64,000 nt of DNA from Leptolyngbyaceae cyanobacterium (GTDB lineage Bacteria; Cyanobacteriota; Cyanobacteriia; Phormidesmidales; Phormidesmidaceae). The stretch's first letter is position 1. Each line of letters opens with the position of its first letter. The DNA lies in the NCBI GenBank assembly GCA_965263355.1, contig CBDHHL010000032.1, positions 3,456,001 to 3,520,000 on the forward strand. Reading direction: 5' to 3'. The notes beneath the pieces are model-generated. The model searched no databases. It was given only the letters and a program-made list of their open reading frames with translations, and was not told the origin of the DNA. Position numbers and translations under genes: made by a program. Positions 39,580-50,303 of this stretch are shown here, piece by piece.

Positions 39580-41127
39580 TTAGGTATTTAGTAAGCCTAT
39601 TGCTTGCAGCATTTCCCGGTGTTTATGGACAGGGGCTAGGGTATTTGCCAGAACCATGCCACTGGCAGCTACAGCAGGTAACCCAATGCCTGGAAACGTA
39701 GAATCACCACAGCACCAGAGATTTCCTACGGGTGTACGCGGTCCTGGAAATATACCTTGGCCTGCACGAATGGCAGGACCGTAAGAACCATGATGGCGGC
39801 GGAGAAAACGCCCATGGGTTAAAGGGGTGCCCGCCAAGGTGATGTCACAGCGCGATCGCACATCCGAAATCACCCGCTCTAGCGCCTGCCACATCACCTC
39901 AGCCCGCTGCTGTTTAAGTTGAGCATAGTCGGCACTACGACGATCCAGTCCAGCCCATAGAGCATAGGGCTCATTACCCGGCGTATAAGCATGGACTGTA
40001 TGTTTGCCCGTCGGCGCTAACCCCGGATCCAACACCGATGGAATCGATATCAGCACCAAATTTTGGGCAGCATCTATACCCCGTTCCCAATCATTTACAA
40101 TGATATAGTGACAGGCTAGATCATTCAAACCAGCTGCATCAATCCCTAAATGTAAATGCATAAAGCTATGGCACTCTGGGGTAGCCTGTCGGCGTTGGGC
40201 AAACCGCTTTAGCGTTGATGGCAGCCGTGGTAGAAGTTTGAGAGTATCCCAAACCGACGCATTGGATATTACAGCTTTTGTCGCTCTTATCTCATGACCA
40301 TTACGCAAACGTACTCCAACCGCTTGGTCACCATCTAATAAAATTTCCTCAATGTGAGCATTTAACTTAATTTCCCCACCATACTTGTTCAAACCACGCT
40401 CAAGAGCATTCACCAAAGCGGCACTGCCTCCCTGAGGATAGTCAAGCTGGACGTCGGGACGGTACCAGTCAGCAAACATAAAGGCCACTTCTGCCGCAAT
40501 CGTTCCCGTGGCAGGCAAACCGGAGAGCAAAAAGCACAGCATGTCTAACCAATGGCGAGCAAAGTCGTCATGCACTACGCCATCCATAATGCGGCTAAAA
40601 GGCCCTGTCAGCTTTGCTACCTGTAAACCGTTTTGCAGCAACGACGGCAAAAAGTGAGGAACTGTTTGCAAGGCTCTCCAATCAAAGCGCATGGCAGCAG
40701 GTGGCAAGGCAACGGCTGCTGCTCCCAAGGGCTGCATAATCTGTTGTAGATGCCGCCACTCTTGAACGGCATATTCTCCTCGCAAGTTGTTCAACACAGT
40801 GCAAAACTGGTCAACTCCAACAGTGGTGTTAAAATCTCCTTCTGGCAAACGGCAGCCCCAAGTATCGTAATTGAGCCAGGTGGCATCTTCTCCGATGGCG
40901 TCTAATACCTGACGTAGGGGATTAGGCGATGGGCTATAGGACAGGCCAGAATACAGTGACGGACCGGAATCAAATAAAAATCCATCGCGCTCAAACCCAT
41001 GGGCAGCTCCTCCTGGAATGCTATGACTTTCGCACACTAAAACGTCATAACCATAGCGGGCTAATAAGGCAGCACACGAAAGGCCACCAATACCACTACC
41101 AATTACAACAATTTCTGTTTGGTGCAT
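39580..41127 (-). CDS. Phytoene desaturase/carotenoid isomerase (CrtH-like) FAD oxidoreductase
   Basis: IGSGIGGL, FDSGPSL, GTPLTH and CGDSTFPGIGLPAVAASG. Confidence 0.85.
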   Translation of the reverse strand: MHQTEIVVIGSGIGGLSCAALLARYGYDVLVCESHSIPGGAAHGFERDGFLFDSGPSLYSGLSYSPSPNPLRQVLDAIGEDATWLNYDTWGCRLPEGDFNTTVGVDQFCTVLNNLRGEYAVQEWRHLQQIMQPLGAAAVALPPAAMRFDWRALQTVPHFLPSLLQNGLQVAKLTGPFSRIMDGVVHDDFARHWLDMLCFLLSGLPATGTIAAEVAFMFADWYRPDVQLDYPQGGSAALVNALERGLNKYGGEIKLNAHIEEILLDGDQAVGVRLRNGHEIRATKAVISNASVWDTLKLLPRLPSTLKRFAQRRQATPECHSFMHLHLGIDAAGLNDLACHYIIVNDWERGIDAAQNLVLISIPSVLDPGLAPTGKHTVHAYTPGNEPYALWAGLDRRSADYAQLKQQRAEVMWQALERVISDVRSRCDITLAGTPLTHGRFLRRHHGSYGPAIRAGQGIFPGPRTPVGNLWCCGDSTFPGIGLPAVAASGMVLANTLAPVHKHREMLQAIGLLNT

Positions 41128-41215
41128 TGTTTATTTGAAGAGTTGTTGGGTTTATGGGGATTGGTTATACGGTGAGAATGTTGGCAATGCAAAAATCCAA
41201 CCTACGAAAACTTTT

Positions 41216-43165
41216 TTATTGGGGGAGACCGCAGCCGTCACCTTGGGGCACCAACACAACTGCATGGGGTACTATACGAGACTCAAAAACAATCAGAGAT
41301 TCTCCTTGGTATACTAGAGAGGTGCTAGCACCAGAATCTAGCATGACCGCATTATAAAAACCCGCTTTAGCTAACAACTCACCTAAGCCAACGGAATCAA
41401 TCTGAGCATGGGTGGCACCAACAACAGGTTGGCCCTCCATATTGATACCCCAAAATGCGCGAAAGCGATGTTCCTCATAGGCGAACAAGTTTTTAAATGT
41501 GCGGGCCGACTGGGGTTCTTGTTCTCGCACCAACCAACCGGCACCGACAAATGCATCGGTGACATCTGGCATTTCTTGTTGAATGCCCTCTAGGGTATTG
41601 TGTAACTCTGGATCGAAAGCGATAAATTTTACTTCTTCAGGACTCATTAAAACGAGAGGACGGCCTCTGAGTTTATAGATATCACCCGAGCTTCCAGGAA
41701 TAAATTCTCCCGTATTTTGCCCCATGACTGGCCCAATCATAACGTTGGAGTCCAGAAATTCTAACGAAAAGAAGGTACCATCGACCGCAGCAACAGCGTC
41801 GGACTGGGCCACAATTTCAGTCAAGGGATAACGACTGTCCGCATGGATTGTTTTGGGTTGACCACCACTGATCAAGGTCATCGGCAGGTCATCAATCTCT
41901 ACATCCAGCCGCTGAATCGGTGCCTCAAAGTTAAGGGCAGGCTTAACTCCTGGCAAGGGTGGTCCGCCCCAGGCGGATTCAATTACCTCATAGAAACGGG
42001 ACTCGCCAAAGCGCTCAATGGTTAACAGGTCCTCTGACTCCCCCGCAAACTTGCCTGAATCATTGCGCATAATCAGACCAGCCCTGTAACCTGCTGCTTC
42101 GGTCGCTTCTACCACCCGCTCGTCGTGGTTGCCTTCTGGATAGGTAAAGTAATGAATTGGGATACCTAATTTATCTTCTAGACGCTCTTTAGCGACTTCT
42201 AACTCATAGCGCAATTCTGCATCCGACAGTTCTCGTAAGTCTCTAGGATGGGTGACACTGTGGGATACGATGGTAACCAATGGATCTTGGGCCATCTCTT
42301 CCACCTGTTCCCAATCGACGGTAGAGCGGCCAATAATATTACCGTCAACCTTGTCAGTAAAGATCGACAAGGCAACAGGGTAGTTATAGTACTTTGCTAG
42401 TTGATAAACATAGTCATAGTGACCAACATAGCCATCATCAAAGGTTAAAACAACAGGTTTTTCTGGCAACGGTACCCCTGTCCTGAGATGGTTAACCAAC
42501 TGGTCAAGACTAATCGGTGTTAGGTTCTTGGCTTGAATCGCTCGAAAGTCCTCGTTTAAGCGAGAAGGAGTGATATCGAAGAAAACCTCTGTTTCTTCTA
42601 AGACATCGTGATACATGATCACAGGCACCCTGGCCAACTGAGCCCGTTCATGGAGTTGAGGCCATCGAACAGACTCTAGCTGTGCGTTTAGATGGGCCAC
42701 CCACTGGGAAATTTGACTCTGACTACCCTGGTTTGCTTGGGTACCCCAAGCAGATAGGGTCTGCCCCAGACTATCAATAGAGTTGGAAGCCGGTAGTGCC
42801 GGGAAACAATAATAATCGTCAGCAGAGACGGCTGGAGATTGTAGCGTATCTACAGGTGTATCTATAAAAGAGACTAATTCTCCGTCTAAGTCGGTATCGG
42901 CAATCGTATTGAAAACAATGGGTGCGATCGCAGCCGACGGCAAACTAGCCGTAGCTCGCCCAAGACTGTTCGTCAGGCCATCCCCAAACGCCAGGGAAGA
43001 AACAACTCTGACATCTCCGCTACCAGACCCTCTGGCCCCATACAGGAGCCCACCCCCAAACGCTAATAACAGACTCGCCCCCAGGGCAAACCTTCTGCGT
43101 AACAAACGTGACAACATTGCTTGTGACTTAGCTTGGGAAGAAATGGTTAGATCACAAGCCTCCAT
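41216..43165 (-). CDS. Polysaccharide deacetylase with C-terminal phosphodiester-glycosidase-like domain
   Basis: PVIMYH, LTFDDGY, SHSVTH and FTYPEG; C-terminal VDGTFF and AVMLDSGAST. Confidence 0.85.
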   Translation of the reverse strand: MEACDLTISSQAKSQAMLSRLLRRRFALGASLLLAFGGGLLYGARGSGSGDVRVVSSLAFGDGLTNSLGRATASLPSAAIAPIVFNTIADTDLDGELVSFIDTPVDTLQSPAVSADDYYCFPALPASNSIDSLGQTLSAWGTQANQGSQSQISQWVAHLNAQLESVRWPQLHERAQLARVPVIMYHDVLEETEVFFDITPSRLNEDFRAIQAKNLTPISLDQLVNHLRTGVPLPEKPVVLTFDDGYVGHYDYVYQLAKYYNYPVALSIFTDKVDGNIIGRSTVDWEQVEEMAQDPLVTIVSHSVTHPRDLRELSDAELRYELEVAKERLEDKLGIPIHYFTYPEGNHDERVVEATEAAGYRAGLIMRNDSGKFAGESEDLLTIERFGESRFYEVIESAWGGPPLPGVKPALNFEAPIQRLDVEIDDLPMTLISGGQPKTIHADSRYPLTEIVAQSDAVAAVDGTFFSLEFLDSNVMIGPVMGQNTGEFIPGSSGDIYKLRGRPLVLMSPEEVKFIAFDPELHNTLEGIQQEMPDVTDAFVGAGWLVREQEPQSARTFKNLFAYEEHRFRAFWGINMEGQPVVGATHAQIDSVGLGELLAKAGFYNAVMLDSGASTSLVYQGESLIVFESRIVPHAVVLVPQGDGCGLPQ

Positions 43166-43484
43166 CTGAGGATTCCTTACTATCTAGGGTTAAATTCATG
43201 CAATGTAAGCTACTACGTTTAAGCTAAGAAAACCTCAGCAAAAGATTAAGAAAAAATAAAGAACATGCCAATACCACTCCAACTAGCAGGGTAGCTTGGC
43301 TGGAGTGGCATTAGTATAGGTGCTTTTAAATGAACCGGTTCGGTATTGAACTTCAGAGGGTCCTAAGCTCCGAAGACTAAGCATAAGTTTATCGGAGGAG
43401 TGGGACAGATTTATCTGCCCATTAATAAAACGCCAACGTCGATTGCAAAACTTCAAAAATGCACAAAAATGCAAACTTAAGTAT

Positions 43485-44279
43485 TTACCAAGGCAATCGA
43501 CTACCATCCCAGGAGAAAAATGAGCCGTTATCGTCTAAGGTGACGTTTTCTAAAACCCCCATCAGTAGTCTTACCGTTTTTTCCACTGGAAAAAGTTTGC
43601 CTGGCGGAACGCCCCGTTGAAATGGCTCCGACAATTGGGTATTCGTCGTGCCAGGATGCAACAGCACAATCGCCGTTTGCTTACTGCGGCGACTGTATTC
43701 AATTGCTGCTGTCTTCAAGAACATATTCAAAGCAGCTTTAGATGCGCGGTAACCGTACCAGCCACCGAGACGATTGTCTTCAATGCTGCCAATTTTGGCA
43801 GAGATAGTGGCAAACACATTAGGGGTTGTATGGTTTAGCAACGGTAGTAAATGTTTGGCTAAGAGGGCCGCTCCAATGCTATTCACCTGAAAGTAGCGCA
43901 TGAGGTGCTCAGCATTGAGCTGTCGCAACGCCTTTTCTGGGGTGATGTCCCCCTCGTGCAAAAAACCCACACAATTAATCACAAAATGAAGTTCAGGTGT
44001 ACTAGTTTTGATCGCAGCGATACCGGCTTCAATTTGGGTTTCATGGGTTAAATCCATGGCCATGCAATGGAGCCTGCCATGGGTCTGAGCTAACTGCAGT
44101 AGCTCTGCTGCAGACGCGGCACTACGGTACGTAGCAAAAATTTGGTCAAACCGAACGTCGTTGAGTAACTGCTTGACAAAGCCTAGACCAATTCCTCGAC
44201 TCCCTCCAACCACCAGGGCATGCCCAGATTTTAGGTGCGAAAATATCGGCATTGCAGGGGGCATGGATGGATGGGACAT
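43485..44279 (-). CDS. Short-chain dehydrogenase/reductase, CsgA/C-factor-like
   Basis: GGSRGIG, GGWYGYRASKAALNM and LHPGT. Confidence 0.9.
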   Translation of the reverse strand: MSHPSMPPAMPIFSHLKSGHALVVGGSRGIGLGFVKQLLNDVRFDQIFATYRSAASAAELLQLAQTHGRLHCMAMDLTHETQIEAGIAAIKTSTPELHFVINCVGFLHEGDITPEKALRQLNAEHLMRYFQVNSIGAALLAKHLLPLLNHTTPNVFATISAKIGSIEDNRLGGWYGYRASKAALNMFLKTAAIEYSRRSKQTAIVLLHPGTTNTQLSEPFQRGVPPGKLFPVEKTVRLLMGVLENVTLDDNGSFFSWDGSRLPW

Positions 44280-44358
44280 AAAATCGGTGGCGGGGGCAAT
44301 CGGACATTGGCGTAAGATAGCGCAGGCAGTTTGTACACGCTATATAAAGGAATAGACC

Positions 44359-45243
44359 GTGTCTGATATAAAGCCATCGATGAATCCATTTGCGGCATCC
44401 ACGGACTTTATTGCCGGGGTAGATCCAACCACTGCACCGGAGGGGGTGGGATGGTGGTTTGGATTTTGTGGATCGCGGCTGTTGGTGACCGTGGAAAGTG
44501 ATGGTGGGGAACAGGAGGAGATTAGCATTCCTCAGGAAGAGAGTTTAGATGCCCTAGGAATTCAGGTGTTGCGATCGCAATATCTGGGCACCTTAACCGA
44601 CATCCCTTGCTATGGAGCAGAACTCCCCAAAGATCTAGAACTACCGCCTGGGCTAGCGCTGCAACCACTCCGGGGACTATACGGCCAACTAGACGATCAG
44701 CTGTTTGCATTAGCAGGCCGTGCTACCCAACTCGTCGAGTGGGACCGCACCCACCAGTACTGTGGCTGTTGCGCCACACCGATGGAGCAATCACGGCAAG
44801 AACGGGTCAAACGTTGCCCAAACTGTGGTCTTAGCCAATATCCCCGCCTCTCGCCTGCGGTGATTATGTTGGTATCCCGTGGCTCTGAGGTGTTATTGGC
44901 CCGTGCCCCCCGGTTTCGCGCAGGCATGTATAGCGTGTTGGCAGGCTTTGTAGAACCCGGTGAATCGCTGGAAGAAACCGTAGTGCGGGAGGTCCAAGAA
45001 GAAGTGGGCATTGAAATCACAGATATCCGCTACTTTGGGTCCCAACCCTGGCCCTTTCCCAATTCACTTATGATTGGATTTACAGCCCGTTATGCCAGGG
45101 GTGACATCGTCATTGATCCAAAGGAAATTGAAGCTGCCGACTGGTTTACCAAAGAATCTCTACCCCCCGTACCTGGAAAACTCAGCATCGCCAGAAAGCT
45201 AATTGATTGGTTTATCGAAACAGGCAATCATGAATACTCCTAG
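44359..45243 (+). CDS. nudC: NAD(H) diphosphatase
   Basis: Zn-finger cysteines, YPRLSPAVI, AGFVEPGESLE...REVQEE and SQPWPFPNS. Confidence 0.95.
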   Translation: MSDIKPSMNPFAASTDFIAGVDPTTAPEGVGWWFGFCGSRLLVTVESDGGEQEEISIPQEESLDALGIQVLRSQYLGTLTDIPCYGAELPKDLELPPGLALQPLRGLYGQLDDQLFALAGRATQLVEWDRTHQYCGCCATPMEQSRQERVKRCPNCGLSQYPRLSPAVIMLVSRGSEVLLARAPRFRAGMYSVLAGFVEPGESLEETVVREVQEEVGIEITDIRYFGSQPWPFPNSLMIGFTARYARGDIVIDPKEIEAADWFTKESLPPVPGKLSIARKLIDWFIETGNHEYS

Positions 45244-45820
45244 CCACGTCATTTTTAACCTTGCATTGCTGGGTCGCCGGTCGCAACCACACCTCAACAG
45301 CCCCATTTTTTGGGGGGCCATGGTGCCAGATTTAGCCATGTTTGGCTTCTATGGGTGGGCCAAATTGATCGCCCAGATGGATGAAGCCACCATTTGGGAC
45401 CAAGCCTACTATGACCCCTTTTGGCAAAATATTTTTGATGTCGGCAACTCGATTCCTCTGGCGTTAGTAGCAATTGCGATCGCACTTTGGCTCGGCAAAC
45501 GCTATCCCACTTGGCAGCCAGTGACCACGGGCACTATTTTTTTATCCATTAGCGTTATTTTTCACTGTCTGGGCGATTTACCCGTGCATGTGGACGACGG
45601 TCATCGACATTTTTGGCCCCTGACTAATTTCCGGTTCGAGAGTCCTGTTTCCTATTGGGATCCTGAGCACCATGGCGGTATCGTTGCCCTGATTGAATTT
45701 TTTCTCGTCATGGTAGCCAGTGTACGGGTTTGGCGATTATTAAAATCACCCTGGCTAAGAGGCTTCCTGCTACTCAGCAATGGTCTGATGTGGGTCATTT
45801 ATGCTGGGTTTTACCTGTAA
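45230..45820 (+). CDS. Membrane protein, putative metal-dependent hydrolase
   Basis: MNTPSH, GAMVPD, HCLGDLPVH.DDGHRHFWP and SYWDP; overlaps the nudC stop. Confidence 0.7.
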   Translation: MNTPSHVIFNLALLGRRSQPHLNSPIFWGAMVPDLAMFGFYGWAKLIAQMDEATIWDQAYYDPFWQNIFDVGNSIPLALVAIAIALWLGKRYPTWQPVTTGTIFLSISVIFHCLGDLPVHVDDGHRHFWPLTNFRFESPVSYWDPEHHGGIVALIEFFLVMVASVRVWRLLKSPWLRGFLLLSNGLMWVIYAGFYL

Positions 45821-45890
45821 ACCTTATCCACGTTCAGAACGGTCGTTTTCACGGTGAAGCCTCTCAAGGTTTCAAATTGATCGTGGTTTA
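45818..45890 (+). repeat. ~73-bp dispersed MITE-like repeat, copy 2
   Basis: TAAACCTTATCCACGTTCAGAAC...TTGATCGTGGTTTA; its TAA is the upstream gene's stop codon. Confidence 0.7.
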
Positions 45891-45958
45891 GTCCAAGCCC
45901 ATCACGGTACCGTAGCAGTGTGATGGCCATTCAAGCTTGGAGTGTCTGATTAAAACCT

Positions 45959-46543
45959 ATGGGGCCAATCGAATCTTGGGAAGGCACGACGTCATCTGAT
46001 GTCGTATCTGCCGATGCCGATCTGCTGGCATCCTTGCAAGCAGGTCAAGTAGAGGCTCTGCGTACACTGTATCAACGTTATGGACGGTTAGTGTATACGC
46101 TGTCCCGTCGCATTCTCCACAGTGATGAAGAAGCTGAAGAAGTTACCCAGGATGTCTTTCTGACGCTGTGGCATAAAAACACCTATCAAGCCAAACGAGG
46201 CTCCCTCAGCCGCTACTTGGTAGTGTTAGCTCGCTCCCGCTCGATTGATAAGCTGCGATCGCAAACTTCCCATCGTCAGCGTTTACAAAAATGGCACATG
46301 ATCATGGCTGACGACGCGTCTACCCCTCTAGATATCGCCACCCTAACCGAGCGAGGAGAGCTGACCCGCCAGGCCCTCAGTAAGTTGTCAGACAAAGAAC
46401 GTCAGGTGATTGAAATTGCCTATTACGAAGGCCTCAGTCAATCAGAAATTGCCCAGCGTCTCAACATTCCCTTAGGCACCGTTAAATCACGCTCCCGTCA
46501 GGCCCTCCGCAAACTTCGCCAGGCCTTACAAAATCACCTCTAA
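45959..46543 (+). CDS. ECF sigma-70 factor
   Basis: AEEVTQDVFLTLW and YYEGLSQSEIA..LNIPLGTVKSR. Confidence 0.93.
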   Translation: MGPIESWEGTTSSDVVSADADLLASLQAGQVEALRTLYQRYGRLVYTLSRRILHSDEEAEEVTQDVFLTLWHKNTYQAKRGSLSRYLVVLARSRSIDKLRSQTSHRQRLQKWHMIMADDASTPLDIATLTERGELTRQALSKLSDKERQVIEIAYYEGLSQSEIAQRLNIPLGTVKSRSRQALRKLRQALQNHL

Positions 46544-46582
46544 CCCCTACCGAACTTATACGTCTTCCCTCTTTGCCAGATT

Positions 46583-47449
46583 ATGCCGTTCGATTCTTTA
46601 TCCACTTCAGACCCGCATCCCGATTGGCATGACTTACTTGCAGGCTATGCTCTTGGTAACTTGTCACCTGAAGAACAAGCAACACTCCAGCAAATTTTGA
46701 CCGAGCAGCCTGAACTTAAAGCCGACGTTCAGACATACCAGGAAACCCTGGCCCTTGTGCCCTATGCCCTAGAGCCACAGGCGCTACCCATGGCATTAGA
46801 GGAAACAATTGTCGCCGCCGCCCAAGCCGGTCAATCCCTCTCCCACCAAACCCACCGCACAACTCGCCCCAACTCCAGACAAATTCCTAGACAACCATCC
46901 TGGTATAGTGGTGCGATCGCCGCTGCCCTATTAGTTGCAATGTTCATGGGGTTTGATAACTATCGCCTACGCCAACAGCAGAGAAGCCTGCAAGCCCAAC
47001 TAGAAACCACACAAAACCAGTTACAAAAACAATTGAAAGCCTTGGCGCAAGCCGACGCTAAAGCCAATCAAACTACAGCCAGCTTTGAGCCAGTCATCGA
47101 CATTCTGCGCCAACCCAATGCGTTGGTGTATTCCTTAAAAGGCACCGATGAAGCATTAACGTCATCTGGTAGCCTGCTCACTCTCCCTGATCATTCAGAA
47201 GTACAACTGGTATCCCACAATTTGCCTGTTTTGCCAGCGGACAAAGTCTACCGCCTCTGGTCCGTCGTTACCGAGGAATCAGCCCCCTTATTTTGCGGCC
47301 AGTTCAACAACACTGAAATCGGTAATGTCCAATGGACAGTGCCCGATACCCTGTGTAATGCCAAACCAGTCAAGGTGATTATTACCATTGATGCCGTTGT
47401 CGATCCACCGGTACCCAAAGGCCCAGCTGTCCTTACCGGTAATATTTAA
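46583..47449 (+). CDS. Anti-sigma factor, RskA-like
   Basis: LLAGYALGNLSPEE, TM, coiled coil and LPVLPADKVYRLW; follows the ECF sigma. Confidence 0.85.
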   Translation: MPFDSLSTSDPHPDWHDLLAGYALGNLSPEEQATLQQILTEQPELKADVQTYQETLALVPYALEPQALPMALEETIVAAAQAGQSLSHQTHRTTRPNSRQIPRQPSWYSGAIAAALLVAMFMGFDNYRLRQQQRSLQAQLETTQNQLQKQLKALAQADAKANQTTASFEPVIDILRQPNALVYSLKGTDEALTSSGSLLTLPDHSEVQLVSHNLPVLPADKVYRLWSVVTEESAPLFCGQFNNTEIGNVQWTVPDTLCNAKPVKVIITIDAVVDPPVPKGPAVLTGNI

Positions 47450-47556
47450 AGCTGAGCCATTTTTTTATCCTTGGTTTAGGGGAACCTCAGTAAAATCTCA
47501 GACTTGATGCTCATTCTGGTAATCAAAACAGTCTAGTTTGATACCAGGAGGTCTCT

Positions 47557-47733
47557 ATGCAAAGCTTTGACGCTTCAAGTAGGCTTTCGAGTGGAGCCCT
47601 GGCAGCAATGATAGTACTCGCAATCCCAATGCAGACCCTTGCTGCTATGTCTGTCCAGCAACAGCTCAAAACTGATACCCCCCAGGCTCAGACCACCATT
47701 AAGGAATGGCACTGGCGTGATATGGCATTTTGA
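47557..47733 (+). CDS. 58-aa small ORF not in the ORF track
   Basis: AGGAGG 5 nt before the ATG; MQSFDASSRLSSGALAAMIVLAIPMQTLAA signal-peptide-like start. Confidence 0.4.
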   Translation: MQSFDASSRLSSGALAAMIVLAIPMQTLAAMSVQQQLKTDTPQAQTTIKEWHWRDMAF

Positions 47734-47759
47734 GGTTAGTCCGAACAGAACAATGTTCT

Positions 47760-50303
47760 CTAACTGAGATTGAGTGGATCAACATCGATGGTTAGCCTGA
47801 CTGATTTGGGGAGGTGCGATCTCAGCACAGTTAAATCAGGAACAGCCATATCCAGGGGCAGTTTCAGCAACACATGCCAGCGATAGCGTCGGGCTACCCG
47901 CACTATAGGGGCTGGTGTCGGGCCTAATACACTGGCCCCCAATAGACCATCGGCCCAATCCATCGGCTGCTCTCCCTCAACGGCAACTAGCCCTGGAAGC
48001 TGTTGAGTACAGAGGTCCGCACAACATTGGGCAGCGGTTTCTGCCTCTGCCTCTACAGGACTGGTCAGCCTCAATAGCACTAGACGACCATAGGGGGGAT
48101 AGCCTAGCAACTGCCGGTGTTTGATTTCATGGTCGATAAATGCTGAGTAACTATGGTCTTTAGCCGCACCAACCACTGGATGCTCTGGTGTATAGGTCTG
48201 TAAAATCACCTGGCCAGGTCGTTCTCCTCGCCCTGCTCGCCCTGCTACCTGGGTCAATGTTTGAAACGCTCGCTCTCCTGACCAATAGTCAGGCATATGC
48301 AACAACCCATCGGCAGCCACCACACCCACCACTGTAATTTGGGGCAGATCAATGCCCTTAGTGAGCATTTGAGTCCCGACCAAAACATCAGCTTCACCAC
48401 CGGCAAACCGTTCCAGCAAAGCCCGATGCGCTCCCTTAGCCCGAGTTGTATCACTATCAAACCGCAGACAGCTTAGCCCTGGGAACTGGCTCTTTAACTC
48501 ATGGACAATACGTTGGGTGCCGCTACCAAAGAACTTTAAGTAGGGCGACTTACAATTAGGGCACACCTCGGGATGTCTCTGGCCATAGCCACAATAGTGA
48601 CAGCGGAGGTGAGCCGAACCACCATCCTCCTGCGGCTGATGATAGGCCAGGGACACATCACAATCCGGGCAGTCCATCACATGACCACAGTTGCGACAGG
48701 AAACAAAGCGACTATGGCCCCGCCGATGAATAAACAACAGGCCCTGTTCCCCCTTAGCCTGCATTTGCTCCAGGGCTGTTTGAAGCGAACGACTAAAAAC
48801 AGAGCGGTTCCCTGCCTGCAGCTCCAGACGCATATCGACCACGTTAACGGGGGGTAAGGGACGTTGATGCACCCGATTAGGCAGAGATAGATATAACCGC
48901 TGGTGTAGGGGCGTCGCATGCAACGCCCCTACACCAGCGGTAGCTTTAACCCCAACCCACGTCTCCAATGCAGGGGTCGCCGATCCTAAAATCAGAGGAC
49001 AGTCAGCCATTTCCGCTCGCCACTGGGCTACGGTGCGGGCATGGTAACAGGGGGCAGGCTGATCTTGCTTAAAACTACTGTCATGCTCCTCATCCAAAAT
49101 AATCAGCCCCAGATTTGGCAATGGCGAGAAAATAGCGGAACGAGTCCCGATCACCACCTGAGGGTAGCCAGCTAGCATTTGTCGCCAGGTATCATAGCGT
49201 TCCCCTTGGGATAAACCACTGTGATAAACACAGACTTGCTCACCAAAACGGGCCTGAAATCGATCGGTAAGTTGGGGGGTCAATCCAATTTCAGGCACCA
49301 ATACTAAAACAGAGTTACCGGCCCGTAATCGCGACACAATCGCTTGCAAATACACCTCTGTTTTACCGGACCCCGTCACCCCATGGAGCAATACCTGAGC
49401 ATAACCAATTAGTTGATTTAAGCGGCTGAGTACCTGACTTTGGTCAGGAGTCAGCGTCTTTGGCTGGTCTGCCTGAGCTTGTGAATGACTACTGACCCGT
49501 AGCTGCTCTCGGGGCTCAATGGTGAGATAGCCTTTGCTCGCCAATCGCTGTAGCGTCGCGCTGGTAGTACGCAGTCTTTGCAGAGCATCACTGAGCCAGA
49601 GATCACTCCCATAACGCTGCAACGTGATTAAAATTTCCCGCTGACGACTAGTTAGGCTCCCTGCTGCGGGAACACCATGGGAAATTAAGCTAACGGCCTG
49701 ACGCTGCTGAGGACGAGGTGGCCTGGGAACCGTTAAATAACTTTCTACCCAACCATGGCTTAGCAGCTGACTTAGTCCGGCTTGTGCCTGTCGATGCTGA
49801 CCCTGCAAATAACGCCACGTGTAATCACCTCTGGGACAACGGCATAGGGCCTCTAACAAAGCTCGGGCTGGCGGATTAAGACCAGGTAACGTAGCCAATA
49901 AATCTGGATTCTGGGGGGATTTTTTTAATCGAATCCTGCGTTGAGAACGGCCTAATAAACCCGGTGGCAATGCTGTTCGAATCACCTGAATTAGAGCTGT
50001 CTGATAATAGTCAGCCACCCGTTGCAATAATTTCCAATAATCTTTAGAAAAAAAGCCTCGGCTAACAATGGTTTCAATGTTTCGAAGCTGATAATCGATG
50101 TCAGCTATTGATGAGGTCGATAATAATCGAATTGCGATCGCACCTAGCTGCCGCCCTCCAAATGGGACACTGACAATATCGCCTGGCTCAACTGCAAACT
50201 CTTTAGATATTCTGTATGTATAAAGTCCCTGAACACCAGGACAGTCCACCAATACTTCAACAGCATCAAAAGGCCTCCCAGCAGTAGTTTTAGAACAAGA
50301 CAT
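47760..50303 (-). CDS. priA: Primosomal protein N'
   Basis: GVTGSGKTEVY, DEEH, GSATP, four CxxC pairs and QVAGRAGR. Confidence 0.96.
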   Translation of the reverse strand: MSCSKTTAGRPFDAVEVLVDCPGVQGLYTYRISKEFAVEPGDIVSVPFGGRQLGAIAIRLLSTSSIADIDYQLRNIETIVSRGFFSKDYWKLLQRVADYYQTALIQVIRTALPPGLLGRSQRRIRLKKSPQNPDLLATLPGLNPPARALLEALCRCPRGDYTWRYLQGQHRQAQAGLSQLLSHGWVESYLTVPRPPRPQQRQAVSLISHGVPAAGSLTSRQREILITLQRYGSDLWLSDALQRLRTTSATLQRLASKGYLTIEPREQLRVSSHSQAQADQPKTLTPDQSQVLSRLNQLIGYAQVLLHGVTGSGKTEVYLQAIVSRLRAGNSVLVLVPEIGLTPQLTDRFQARFGEQVCVYHSGLSQGERYDTWRQMLAGYPQVVIGTRSAIFSPLPNLGLIILDEEHDSSFKQDQPAPCYHARTVAQWRAEMADCPLILGSATPALETWVGVKATAGVGALHATPLHQRLYLSLPNRVHQRPLPPVNVVDMRLELQAGNRSVFSRSLQTALEQMQAKGEQGLLFIHRRGHSRFVSCRNCGHVMDCPDCDVSLAYHQPQEDGGSAHLRCHYCGYGQRHPEVCPNCKSPYLKFFGSGTQRIVHELKSQFPGLSCLRFDSDTTRAKGAHRALLERFAGGEADVLVGTQMLTKGIDLPQITVVGVVAADGLLHMPDYWSGERAFQTLTQVAGRAGRGERPGQVILQTYTPEHPVVGAAKDHSYSAFIDHEIKHRQLLGYPPYGRLVLLRLTSPVEAEAETAAQCCADLCTQQLPGLVAVEGEQPMDWADGLLGASVLGPTPAPIVRVARRYRWHVLLKLPLDMAVPDLTVLRSHLPKSVRLTIDVDPLNLS
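48896..48941. repeat. 46-bp GTAG/REP-like palindrome inside priA
   Basis: ACCGCTGGTGTAGGGGCGT-CGCATGCA-ACGCCCCTACACCAGCGGT, 19-bp perfect arms. Confidence 0.85.
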
